DNA of 64,000 nt from Fistulifera solaris (taxonomy: Eukaryota): NCBI GenBank assembly GCA_030295235.1, contig AP026137.1, positions 744,001 to 808,000 on the forward strand, written 5' to 3'. Shown piece after piece: positions 50,362 through 62,577 of this stretch. Every line of letters begins with the position of its first letter. Position 1 is the first letter of the stretch. Below the pieces are notes generated by a model. That model ran no database searches and was not told the DNA's origin. It saw nothing but the letters and a program-made list of their open reading frames with translations. The position numbers and the translations under genes are program-made.

Positions 50362-52269
50362 ATGAGAACTATCGCCATTCTGGTGAACGCATTGCTCTTT
50401 CAATGCACCCAGTCCTTTCTACTACCGATTCCTACAAGACAAACGAGCACAACCAGTCGATATTCAGCTATATCATCGGATATTCCATCGTCGAATTCGG
50501 AAAGCGTCGAATTTCCTCCACCTCTCAGCCCCGTCGAACGCTTGAAACGAGGTGTCACCTTCTGGTCCACGGCGGTCCCGATCATCGCCAGTTATTATGG
50601 TTTGATCAGTCGCATTAAATTGCAAGAACTCATACTAGATAATCCCATGACACAAGAGGAAATCGAAAGTTTATGGGATGCCCAACATCAAGATGGGGCC
50701 AAGAAACTAGCTGAAACTATTACACAATTGAAGGGGTTTTACGTCAAGACGGCTCAGATTATTTCCAGTCGACAAGGTACGTCTTTATGTTGTCGTTTTC
50801 TTGGATTTGTTCTTGTCACTCATTAGGTACGATACTATTGTAATCAGACCTCTTTCCGAAACAATACACCGAAGCATTATCCGGTTTCACCGACAACTTG
50901 GATCCCATGCCGGCGAGCTTGGCCAAGGCTGTTATTGAATCCGAACTATTACACGCCGACGAAAAGTTTGAAGACATTTTTGCCGAATTCGACGAAACGC
51001 CGTTGGGTTCCGCCAGTATCGCACAATGTCATAGAGCCGTCTTGACCGAAAAATACGGCGGCAAACAAGTGGCCGTCAAAATTCAACGACCATCGATTGA
51101 ATCGAAACTGTTAGGAGATGTGGCCAACTTGGTAGCTATTACGAAAGCCTTTCGCGACAATCCAAATCTTCCACTCGATTATTACACCGTCTTTTCCGAA
51201 TTGCAACGGCAGCTCGCGGATGAATTTGATTTTGTGGCCGAAGCTGTTGCGATGGATCGAATTTATATGGCACTGTCTCGCGCACCGGATGGTTCTCCTC
51301 GGGAAATACCGCTCGTGTTGCCTCGTCCTGTGCGGGGGCTGATCAGTAAACGAGTTTTGGTCATGGATTATTTGGATGGAGTTCCCTTGAGTCGTGCTAG
51401 AGAAGCAATGATTCAGAAAGGCATTGATCCAGAGTCTCCTCAAGCCAAGCTGTTTGGACGTAAATTGCTTTCTGCCTTGACCGAATCTTTTGGACGGAAC
51501 ATTCTCGAAACTGGTTTCTTCCACGCCGAGTAAGTAGAGCTACAGTGCGTATCGGGAAAACGCTGGGCGACATCTTCTCCTCACAAATTCACTTTTTTTG
51601 AATAGCCCACATCCTGGCAACATTTTTGTTCTGAATGATGGACGTATAGGTCTAATAGATTTCGGGCAGGTTAAGCAAATCAATGGTAGAAATCGTGAGA
51701 CCCTGTGCAAAGTAATGGTTGCTCTTGCGGAGAGAGATGATAGCGTGCAAAAAGACTTGGATCTTGTGGGCAAACTGGCACTGGAACTTGGGGTGGAACT
51801 AAATGAGAATGCAAAGCCTGAAGCAGCAGCTGCCGTGGGAATTTGGCTGTTTGATGGCAGTGCGAAAACACTTCCTGGTGGATATGATCTGGGTGAATTC
51901 GACCCAAACTCACCGGTCAAAGAATTGAAGTCATTCCCACAAGACTTGGTTCTTGTCGGAAGATCGTCCATTCTTATCAAAGGACTTTCCAGTCGATTGG
52001 GTATTCCGTGGAGTCTCGCGAAAGAATGGGCTCCCATAGCTAGAACTGTCCTCAACGGAGATGTCGCAGAAAAGTCGACATCCACAGAGTCAGGATCCGA
52101 TAGCCGGGTACGCTTTAAGCATGTTGTAAAAGCCTTGAAACAGTGGAGCAAAGGTAGAGCCACACGGCTGTTCCGCAAACTTCCTCCTAGATTACAAACA
52201 AGGGCCGCCGCTATTCTTTTGAAAATGGAAGAACGTAAGACTCGCCGAAACCTCCTGCTACGAGACTAA
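50362..52269 (+). CDS. ABC1/UbiB atypical kinase, probably plastid-targeted
   Basis: LKGFYVKTAQ, PLGSASIAQCHRA, VAVKIQRP, FFHAD/PHPGN, LIDFGQVK. Introns ~50777-50847 and ~51530-51605. Confidence 0.93.
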
Positions 52270-52721
52270 TTGCCGCACAAGCCAACTGCATACTAACTTT
52301 AAACCAAGCGTTCACGTTTTTGATACCGGTTTTTAGTAACACTGATTCTTGAAGCCTCGTTGTCCTTAGTTATCAATTAAGCTCACCGTAAACTAAGAAC
52401 TATCTCTACTGAAGCTACGTGCATACCATGTAGACATTCGGATCATCGTAATTCTTTTCTTTATCGCTTGCTCATTCCTTTTCGGTGCTATCTTGCTAAT
52501 CGAACAAGCTTTGGCGCAAAACGAACATCGCTTTGGTAAAACGTCCGTTGGTGAAGGATCCTCAATGTTCTTCCGTATCATTCAACTATTTCGTCTCCAT
52601 TCCTTCAAAAATTTTCTAAGCTATAGTTTTTTATTTATTACTGTGTCAGAGTTGTTTTAGTCTCCAGCTTCCATAGTCTCTAGCAGGTCATAACTCATAC
52701 AAAAACAATAATTCCCGATAC

Positions 52722-52960
52722 TTCATGACTCAATTGCAGTCATGTCGAAAATCAGACAGCGATTTATAAGTTTTTAGCGACGTTACGAATCGCAACTTCT
52801 GTTACAAACGCTGTTTATAATAATACGACCGTAAGATGAACCGATAAATCTCGGTAAGTTGGCCGAACAGAAAAGGGTTGAGCAGCAGTCTGGCTCAAAA
52901 ACTCAAAAGAAGGCATGGTTCATGACTCACTATCAGTCTTGGATTAGTGAGCTTACACTT
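52722..52960 (+). repeat. Copy of the dispersed hairpin-led intergenic element
   Basis: Hairpin catgactcaattgcagtcatg at 52724 and a second hairpin at ~52921. Aligns to 28016-28268 in reverse. Confidence 0.85.
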
Positions 52961-53201
52961 TGAGCCTATATACAAAAAAGGATATCGCTACGGTACTGAA
53001 CGTACATCATAATTTATATAAAAATGAGTACTCATTGATTTATACTGGATCTCACCCGATACATCAAAATCGCCGCACGTCGACTTCATTATTATGACCG
53101 CGATGAAGAAAAACTAAAAACAAAAATTGGAATGAGACCTTCTTACTGTCGCATGATCACTTTTGTTGCTGCTATTAATTTCGCTGACATTTCCCAATAC
53201 A

Positions 53202-54362
53202 ATGGTTCAATTGTATTCTCCGTTAGAGCAGGAGCAAGCCGAGTCTCGTAACAACAGCACGGCTGATGTTGAAATCGCCAGTAAATACTCGCTGGGACCA
53301 GGAGGATGGCTCCAGCTTTTCCTTTTCGAATTCAAGACATCGCAACGTGTTCGAGCAGTCACTATCAGTGGTCTTTTGCTAGCAGTGACTGTAGTCATTT
53401 GGATGACACGAGAAATTGTAGAAGAAATCGAATACGAGCTTCATATTTTCGAAAACAGAAACGAATTGAAGGCAGCCGTCGACCAGTATCTGCTCAATTC
53501 GACAACCCTTCCTCCGATCCGTCACTGGAAAGTAGGAAAAGTAGAGGATTTTTCGTCGTTATTTGAATCGGCGCAAGACTTTGACGAGGATATCAGTCAA
53601 TGGGATACGTCGTCGGCGACATCGTTTCATTTCATGTTCCGAAACGCGCGTGCTTTCAACCAGAGTATTGGAGGCTGGAACACCGAGCGAGTGGTCGACA
53701 TGAGTGGCATGTTTCAAGGAGCCGAGGCGTTTCATCAAGATTTGAATTTATGGCAAACATCGAAAGTTACAAATATGGCGCTCATGTTTTCTCGAACAGC
53801 ACACTTTAACGGTGACATAAGTACATGGGACACTTCCAACGTGAAGAATATGGCTTCCATGTTTAGTCATGCTACCAAATTCAATGGGGACATTGGTTCA
53901 TGGAAGACGGGTCGTGTGACGGATATGTCGGCGATGTTTCTGGAGGCTGCCGCCTTTGATCAAAGCATTGGACTATGGAGAACTAGCTCGGTGGAAGACA
54001 TGTCGGAAATGTTCGCCAACGCACGGTCGTTCAACCAAAATATCGGTTCATGGGATACATCTCGTGTGGAGAACTTCGATCTCATGTTTTTCGACGCCAA
54101 GTCATTCAATCAAGACATTTCTTCGTGGAATGTTCGGGGTGTGAACAGCAAAAACGGATACGGCTTTATTAGTATGTTCGATGGTGCTACTCGATTTCGT
54201 CAGAACATGTGTCCATGGAAAGATACCGTCTTTGCCGCCGCTACGGAATCATCGGAAGCAGAATGGCGCAAACGCGCTACAGATGCGAATATGTTTAAGA
54301 ATACATCCTGTACGTACCCGGATGATCCACCTGCAAGCTTTTGTCGTAATTGTACGGAGTAA
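53202..54362 (+). CDS. Membrane-anchored DUF285 / BspA-like 25-residue repeat surface protein
   Basis: About 8 repeats of FN.DI..WDTS.V.NM..MF after a TM helix. Confidence 0.9.
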   Translation: MVQLYSPLEQEQAESRNNSTADVEIASKYSLGPGGWLQLFLFEFKTSQRVRAVTISGLLLAVTVVIWMTREIVEEIEYELHIFENRNELKAAVDQYLLNSTTLPPIRHWKVGKVEDFSSLFESAQDFDEDISQWDTSSATSFHFMFRNARAFNQSIGGWNTERVVDMSGMFQGAEAFHQDLNLWQTSKVTNMALMFSRTAHFNGDISTWDTSNVKNMASMFSHATKFNGDIGSWKTGRVTDMSAMFLEAAAFDQSIGLWRTSSVEDMSEMFANARSFNQNIGSWDTSRVENFDLMFFDAKSFNQDISSWNVRGVNSKNGYGFISMFDGATRFRQNMCPWKDTVFAAATESSEAEWRKRATDANMFKNTSCTYPDDPPASFCRNCTE

Positions 54363-54471
54363 ATTAAGAGAGCAGAGGACAGCAGAAAAATAAAAGGAAC
54401 TTCGTAAAAATATACGATTACGATAACATTAATATGCTAAGAATTATTATTCAAAGTCAAGGCCAGAGCGC

Positions 54472-57400
54472 TTATGATGTGCCGCAGACTGCTTTTTCGC
54501 CTTTGGCTTTAAAAGTTGAAGCTTCAACGGTTTTTCTTCCTTCTTTCTCGAGCTCCTCCAAAACGCACGATTCTTTCAACTTGGACTCCTTCTCGTCGGA
54601 ATCCTGGGAACCTTTTACTTGATCATCCGCAGCAGGTGGCACCTTTGTTGTGGTCAGTTTGGCCACCCAATCTAATGCTTGCTCACGTTGAGCCATTCTT
54701 GCAAAAACACTTCCACCGACTCTTCTCATCGTCGCTCTCATGTTTGTAAGTTCCTGAACTTGCTTTTCGTAAATCGATTTTTGAAGCTTGATTACTTCAA
54801 AATAAGACTCCTCGTGCTGTCCATTCTCGTCCTCGTCAAAGTAAGGCATTTCAAAGTCCATCGCTTCCCGGCGCTGGGTTGCCTTGCGCACGAGCCGGAT
54901 TTTGGAATCTTTATCCGTTACTGGGGCCTGAGTGCTTCCTTCTTCTCGTTCCTTTTCCAACCAGCTCGGATCTTCTCTTCTTCTGCTCTCTCCGCGACAG
55001 CAATCTCTCGCTCTGCATTTGAATGATCTATACGTTCTCGCTCTAGTCTGTCGCTGACACTCAGCATCATTTTATTTATTGCCATCTCAAGCTTCCTCGA
55101 CATGAACACCGCTGATTCATAAGCCCTTCCCGAGTCCGTGTCCGTACCCTTCCACCGAGCATTGTATCTTAAAGCATTCGAAAAGATCAACCGTAAGTCC
55201 GCAATAACATCGTTGAATTTTGTATAATGTCGTTTCTTAAGGTTGCGATTGACAGCATCCCAGTCCATTGGCTTTGCAATAAAGGCTTTGTAATCTGGGG
55301 GATAGAACGTTTTGATGAAGTAACCCATCTGCTTTACATCGGACTGGTGGCGGAGTGCTTTCAACAATTTCTCACATTCAGCTTCTTGCCAAGTGTAACG
55401 ATCTCCTTCCAAACTACGCTCAATGGGCTCTTTCATCAATAGCTCTTCCATTTCTTGGCGAGCTCTTTTCCTGTTGCCTTCGGTCAATTTCCAGCTGAAA
55501 GGTGGAAGACCATCAGCTGTCGGTTCGTCCACTAGTTCAGAGTTGGGATCGACGTATTTCTGCAGCAGTTCCAACGACATCCAACGTGAATATCGCAGTA
55601 AGTGAACTGATGCATCATAATACGCACATGACAGTGGGTCGCCTATGTCACGGCCATCTTTGTTGAATCGGATAGCATTTGAAAAACCAAAGCAACATCC
55701 TGAAGAAAGTCTTCTGGGGCGGCATACTTGTTGCCTGCCAAAAGTGTGCATTCTACCGTTGTCAAATCCATGGGTTTGCGGATTTTCGTAGAGTAGCTTT
55801 CGCGCAGATCCGGGAACAAAATTGGAACGGGGACATGAAAAATGAACTTTGGGCGCGAAGCTGAGATCCAGGGATGTTTCATTAGCTCTTTAATGTACCG
55901 GGCACAGTCGCCTTCCCACGATTGTAAGCTGTTGAGCGAGCGACGCAGTGGAAAAGCTTCTTTCACCCTCGCAATAGCAATGTGCAAAGGCACGGGTTGA
56001 TTTGGTTTTGTCGGGACAGTACTCGCCGAACCCGCTTTTCTTTGGGGCAGGACTGGAAGTGTTTTCGGAGATTTGTTCCTAACAATTTCTTGCGCAGTCG
56101 CAGCAGTTGGTGCGGCAGAAATGGAAATTCGCGGTGCCATTTTACCTTTGGAAGCGCCAGCACTGCTAATCTTTATGTTTCGAGAGACTGTGTCTACCTT
56201 TTCGGAAGTCGCATTCAAAGCATTAGGTGCTGGAGCTGCACCATAGGAAGGGTCTTCGAATGCTCGGACTTTCGCATAATAAATAGCGCGATACTTCTTA
56301 AGACCAAACTTTGCCATGGCGACCAAATGGTCACCAGCACGCTGTGAATTATAGACCTCGCAGTTCCTAAACATCAGATTGACATCATAATCGAAATCCT
56401 CCAGCGTTTCGTAGACATCTGCGTTTGCCTTCTTTTCAATTGATTGCAAGTCCATGGGTTCCTCGACAAAGTTCAAATAATCAGGGAATACGGTTAACGA
56501 AACAGGCTTTTCAAAAGGACCCATCGCTGCTTCAGTGATCTTAGTAGCTTTATCGGTGTAGTTGATGGATCGTAGTTCTTGTACAACGTCGATGAAAAGA
56601 GATGCAGGCGGTTTAGGTGTCGAAACCGGCATTGCTTCAAGCTGACGATCGTTGGTGCCCTTGGTCGACTTTACGTAACGAGCGAGCTGATCCAGCTGGC
56701 GTGTCAAGCATTCATTGAGACGATTGGCCTGTTCGACAAAAATGCGGCCGTCCTCGCGATCGCTGTAGTATTTGTTACAGTTTGTAATCACTAGACGACA
56801 ATCGGTAGCAAATTCGTCCACACTCTGGTAGCGCGCCTCGATCAAATTAGCAGTTATAGTTCCAAAGTCCATCGGCTTCCCAACCTTCTCCAAATAATCC
56901 GGCGGAAAAGTCCCACCGCAGTAGTGCGACACCGGGTGCAAGAAGTACAAAACGGTCGGTTGACCATCGGTAGGGTTGGTCAAGTTGTACAACGTATCCA
57001 AAATTTCAACGCACAGTTTCCAGCAGAAAATCACCGGCGGGTAAGATCCTTCCGAAGGCAGCCCTAAGAACAGCTTGAGCAGATACTCCACGCTTTCAAA
57101 AACCTCACAAGCGACAGGCCTCAAACTGTCTCGTATCGATGTATTGAATATCAAACAGTTGGCGAAAATTCGTCGAAGATCCAAAACAAAGTCCGCTACC
57201 TTTGTATGCCTGCCACTCTCCAGTCGATTCTGTAAGGTTGTCAAGTCCATGGGATGTTTGATCTTGCTTTTGTAATCTGGCAAGATATTTCGATCCTGAA
57301 CCGGCTGCAGGAACCAATTGATGGTTTTCGTATGTCTCCGCCGCAATCCCAACAATATTTTGGAGCATTGCTTTTTATCCTTTGCTGCGATACCTCCACC

Positions 57401-58183
57401 TGGGGTCACCTTTTTCGTCTTCTTTTTGTTCTTATCCTTGGGGACGTCTTTCTTCGTCTTTTGCTGTTGCTCCGCAACACCTTTCGGAAGTTCTTTCCCT
57501 CTTGAATTTCCCGCTTTTGAGCTGACTTTGATTGTTTTCGTACTTGACTTTAAAACGTTGTCGGATGAGGGAGCTGGATCTGGTTGGGAAGCAGGGGCTG
57601 ACGCTGACTTTAGATTGATGCGAAGCTTTGGTTGCGCCGTTTTCGCCTTCGCTGATTCTTCGGTTGGTTCAGCTGTACCTGGAATGGATGGACTCGATGC
57701 TACTTTGAGTTTCAAGGATATTTTTGCCTTTTTCGCTGGAGGAGGACCCGATTGCTGTTCATCGGGCAGGGCTTCCGACGACGGGGCCGGACGTTTCACT
57801 AGCAAATTTATTTTGGGTTTCGACTGGCCGCTGTTCTCCGATTTCGGCTGTTCTAGACTTTTTCGTTCCTTTCCGACAGCCTTCAGCATATCCTTTGCCA
57901 TTTTGGCGATCCATTTTGTCGGCTTATCGTTGTGATATAGAACTGCATTGTCAAACACTTTGTTCAAATCTTGCCAGAATAACGAGGAACTGTCATAGTG
58001 CCCATTTTGTAAGCGATTCGACATTGTTTGCAAATCCAACGGCTCTGGAATCAAATCTAGATATCCGGGAACTTGCGTTAAATCGAACGGCTGCAGAAAC
58101 AAGTAGTTCTTTCCTTTGTATTTCTCCGACTGTAGATTGCGGAGCACTTTCTCGGCGATCTCGCGCTCATATTCACTCCACAT
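54472..58183 (-). CDS. Multi-bromodomain protein (six bromodomains)
   Basis: Six F..P...PDY...I..PMDL...F.D..L.F.N...YN-type units across ORFs 55643-58183 and 54918-55751. Two homopolymer frameshifts. Confidence 0.9.
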
Positions 58184-58580
58184 TGTCCGGCGTCGTTCTC
58201 CTCTGTATCGTCGACTGCTTTGATGTTGTCTTTGTTATAGGAAGCGCAAATAATAATGCACCGTATGATTACATCCACCTCGAATGCATCGCATCCTGTT
58301 AGTTGACGATAATAAAGGGGAGACGAGGCAAGCTGCGGACGGACCCGGTACATTTTGTACTTAAGCTCTACACTACTATTTGAAAGAGATAATGTTTTCG
58401 TTGCGACAATAAGTCACTCTATTCGGACAATGTAGGCTACATACATTCGGTATATCAACATACCGGATGGACTTTGCTTTTGTGTTGCTTATTTTTTGCT
58501 TACTATGCAAGGGGAAATGGAAAGAAAGATATTTTACTTGTATCCATTGTCGATCAACTGCCTTTCCATAATACCTGGCA

Positions 58581-60386
58581 ATGATAGCAAGCAAACGATC
58601 CCTTTTCTCGTCAGTTCGACGCGGCGCAAAGGGTTGGCGGAGATTAGGAATCACGTTTCTTCGCGACACAACCCCTGCGAGCTCGTCGCAATTAGCCACA
58701 TCATCGCTTGCAGCACGAAATCCTTCCTTTTTCGGTAGCTCAATGCAGTCAACCGTAGCTTCAATAACAAATAAGCACACTCCGTTTCGAATCCGTAATC
58801 TACGGTACAAGAGTGATCAATCTGATCCTGCAAGGAAAACAACAAGAAATGAAGAAACACCCGTTATAGCACCGGGATCGAAGCCTCACTCCGCCATCGC
58901 GGCTCAATTGGAAGAGCGACTCAAACGAGTTGTTAGCGATCTAAATTTGAGCGATCAGCTTTCGGTAATAGGCATTGCTGTCCTTACGGCTCTCATTTTG
59001 ACGGCTCCTTATGTTATTCGGCAAATGAAGAAATCAGGTCGAGAAGATTATTCGGTCACGTCGGAAGATCCGGTGGATGATTTGACCATGGTTGTGAGAC
59101 GTGCGTGGGACGAGGAAGACGAAGATGAGTCATCTCGAAAAAGCGCTGTTGAAATAATGCTTAAGGATATTTTGAAATCGCAAGGACTGCAGTAAGCAGC
59201 ACAGGATTTTCTCATTCGCATTTTGGAAGCGCCCGAGTTCCAGGCGGCGCTGCAACGTTTGGTAAAAACGATTTGGGCGGACTTAATTTCGGATAAGGAA
59301 ACTGTGGCACAAGTGATTCGACTGCTGCAAATAGCCATTCAAGATCCGGCTGTGAAGAAAGCGGCTCAACTTCTTGTGCTTCAAATTGTTCAAGATCAGC
59401 AAGTCAAAGAGTCGCTCATTGAGCTCATCAAAAGTTTGGGTGCCGAAAAGGCTGTTCTGGGTGCTACTCAGACTCTTCTAACAGAGGCCGCGCATAATGC
59501 TTTGAATGATGCGGAAATATTAGACCATTCGATGGAATTCGCGACGGACGTGGTGGGAGACGATGTCGTCCAACGAACGGCCGGTGAGGCTTTGCGCAAA
59601 TCAGTGGGACACGCTTTTAGACCTGCGTCCACGGTTTTGTTGACAGCGGCAGGTATTGGTTTGATGGTATTCGGTGTGGCTACAATTGGCTATGCCAGAT
59701 CGTCCGACCAAGAAATAGTTTTGTTGGAAACAGCTGCTCGATCACTACAAAGCAATGCCTCTTATGGGATTATGAGGATCGTCACTTGGCCTTTTCGTGC
59801 AGTGCAGGGTATCTGGAGCGATACAGAAATTTTATTGTGGAAACCTGTATGTTGGCTTCAAGATAGTGCCGCTATAATTTCGGAGCAAGCATTATCATTG
59901 ATTTCAGACTCGTTCGACTACGTGTCGAGTCTACCAAGTCGGGGAAGTGTGGCGGTGATGCAAGCCTTGTCGCAAGCTGGACAGGCCACTGCTGATGCCG
60001 TTGTTACTTTTGTTGATCGATTGTTTCAAAAGATCGCCTCCTTGGCGTGTTTATACAAAGATGAATTGGTCGCAGCCATCACTCAGTACTTAAGGGCAGC
60101 TGTTGATTTCGTAGTGGAGTTCGCTCAATCCAATGGCCAGGTCGCGATTCTATGGATGTTATTTAAGTGCTCAATTGATGCTATAGCGATGTTTTGGTTG
60201 CAGTCGCCAGGTACGCCTGTTTTCTTGTTAGCTTCAGCTGGTACATTTTGCTACGTCACTCTGCACGCCCACTTCTTTTATCTCCATCGCCGTGCATCGT
60301 ACTCGATGCCATTGCAATTGCAAGTTCTGCATTCCTTTTATCGTTATCGTAATGCTCTTTTTCCTTCTTCTAGCAGAAAAGGGTGA
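58581..60386 (+). CDS. Hypothetical helical membrane protein with a mitochondrial-type presequence; in-frame TAA at 59193-59195; 3' end uncertain
   Basis: Two ORFs in the same frame separated only by the stop: KSQGLQ*AAQDFLIRILEAPEFQ. The N-terminus is Arg/Ser-rich. Confidence 0.6.
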
Positions 60387-61542
60387 CAACGCACGGTCGC
60401 ACGGTGGACACAGTGTGTGGTCAGTGTCGGATTTCTTTCCTGTTGATGCCGATGCCGATGCCCTATCGACGCATCATCAAAGACTATCCGTGTCTGCCAA
60501 ACAAAGGTTACATACTCGCCAATCTCATCTTTTTTCGGCGGCGGTGGCGGCGGTAGGATCGGATAAAGTCGATGTGTCATCATCAGTCGAGGAAAGCAGA
60601 TGGGACCGCGTCCGAAGGGAAGGAGGCATGTTCTCCATACACACAAAACATACGGTGTTTTTGAATCCGTTTGGACTCTGGTACGGTGCGGTGGCTGTCA
60701 CTCTCGGTATCCCGTGGTATATTGCCATGACAATCTGTCAAATCTTTTACAAGTTGACCGGAGAACGTTTCGATTGACTACGATGCATTCCGATTTTTTA
60801 TTACACAAATTTTTATTACACAAATTTGGGGGACATTGTTGTTCCGATTGACACATTGTTATCCCAAAATGGAAGGTTTGGATATTTTACGAAAATTCTA
60901 TAAAGAGTGAGTATGTTGGCAATAACCGTGCTGGACATTCGCCTTCGCGGTTCGCAGGAGGAGTCTCATAATGTTTTTTCGACGTCACAGGGGTCGATGT
61001 GCCATGCTTGCGGCGAATCACAGCTCATGGATGGACACTTTCTATTTGGGTGCGACCGTCGGCTGGAGAAATTTTAGCCTCATTAGCAAAAATGAAGTGC
61101 AGCGCGTCCCTATTCTCGGTAAGGCCATCGAGGTTGGCGGCAATATTCTACCTGGTAGTAGATCGACAAGATCGCAAGTCGCAGCTCATGACGTTGAAAA
61201 AGGGAATTCAATACCAGTACTTACAAGACTTTGTACATTTGTGAAGGTATCCCGAGGGAACACGTGCGCATACAAGAAGAGTCGTGCCCTTTAAAAACGG
61301 AGCTTTCAAAATGGCGCACAAGGCTGGTGCACCGGTCATCATCCCCATTTCCATCGTAGGCGCCGATAAATCCATGGCAATTCACTGGATGTTCCCTTTC
61401 TGACCCGGTCACCCCCTATCACGCGTGGTCGTTCATAAACCGATTGAATCCGAAGGAAGGACGGAAGAGGAGCTGGCGGAGGCTGTTTCGCAGTGCTATG
61501 AATAGCGGATTGGACGATTACCAAAAGCCACTTGACAAGTGA
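60352..61542 (+). pseudogene. 1-acyl-sn-glycerol-3-phosphate acyltransferase (PlsC/LPAAT, probably plastid type) pseudogene
   Basis: Motifs ANHSSWMD, ILVDR, YPEGTR, FKMA.KAGAPVII. Lesions: TGA 60775, 15-bp tandem duplication ~60796-60826, 7-bp and 6-bp insertions at 61151 and 61214, TGA 61401. Confidence 0.8.
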
Positions 61543-61810
61543 ATCATTGTCCTTGAAAGTACCAGGTACCAGGTACCAGGTATGATCGGGCAAAAGTGAA
61601 ATGAGGGATAGTTTCCGGGACTGAAAAGTTGAGTCGTTGGAGAAAAGTAGACAACCGGATTTTTTGAAGTCGAAATTCGAGACATGGATTGCAATCGCTA
61701 CTGCAAGCTGCAAGTAGTCGACTACTAATGAAAATGAAGTTAGCCTACCAAACTGTACCCAAATGAACGGAGGTTAGTCTAGAGGTATAGCAGTCTGCGC
61801 CACTTTTCAA

Positions 61811-62076
61811 TGATTCATGACTGATGACTGAAACGCAGTCGTGAAAAAGGTAGCGCACACCATTATGGGTCTCTATATAGAACAGATGAAAGACAATGAT
61901 TTCGCAAGGAATTTCGACCTAAGCAATCGAGTTGTGAATTGCAAATGCTGCAAGGATCATTGTATTAGCACGTCATAAAATACAAACATAGCTTACCAAC
62001 CCAGCAGAACAAACGGAGCTTAGGTAGCAGTGGAACTCGGACCAATCCTGATTCATGACTGAAAAGCAGTCGTGGT
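61811..62076 (+). repeat. More divergent copy of the dispersed hairpin-led intergenic element
   Basis: tgattcatgactga...gcagtcgtg at both 61811 and ~62049. Shares ttaggtagcagt...ctcgga with the 28 kb copy. Confidence 0.75.
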
Positions 62077-62577
62077 TAACATCATTCGTTACGAGTTACG
62101 AGGGGGATCGCTGCAATCTATTTACTCCTATTACTCAGTCTTAGCAACCAGCAAACTAAATAGAATTTTTTTTGAAAACATCCAATCTATTATTGCTAAA
62201 AATGGATAGAACGCAGATCCCAGAATCAAAAGGAGCACAACTCTTGCACGAGGAGCTAGAAGAAAGAACACTGTCTCACTGCACCAAGCCACCGAGCTAC
62301 GAGTGATTCAACACATGAATCACACCCGCAGACGGCACATCTGGCGTCTTAACGAGAGACATGGGGCCCTACCTTCATCGCAGCGCGAGAGTTGGCTTGC
62401 CACGCCTGGCCAATTGATTTGGGTTTAAAAGAGAGAAAACAAAATAGATTTGGACTTGAGAGTGAACGTACCTTGTCACGGTCCCTGCCAGATACTCTGC
62501 CGTCGAGTTCAAAGCAAACCGGGATTCCAGCACCTCCTCGTGACATTCTCTCATCCTCACCTTTTCTGTCCCTAAGA

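Noticed and set aside
130..55700. Programmed frameshifting or mass pseudogenisation suggested by ~20 frameshifts
   Set aside because: Most are 1-nt indels, largely in homopolymer runs, within otherwise well-conserved essential genes (cytochrome c, RPAC1, DBP4). Unpolished assembly error is the simplest explanation.
49811..61403. Stop-codon reassignment or selenocysteine at in-frame TGA/TAA
   Set aside because: All three stops terminate normal genes here. The in-frame stops are of different types, I see no sign they replace catalytic Cys residues, and several co-occur with other lesions.
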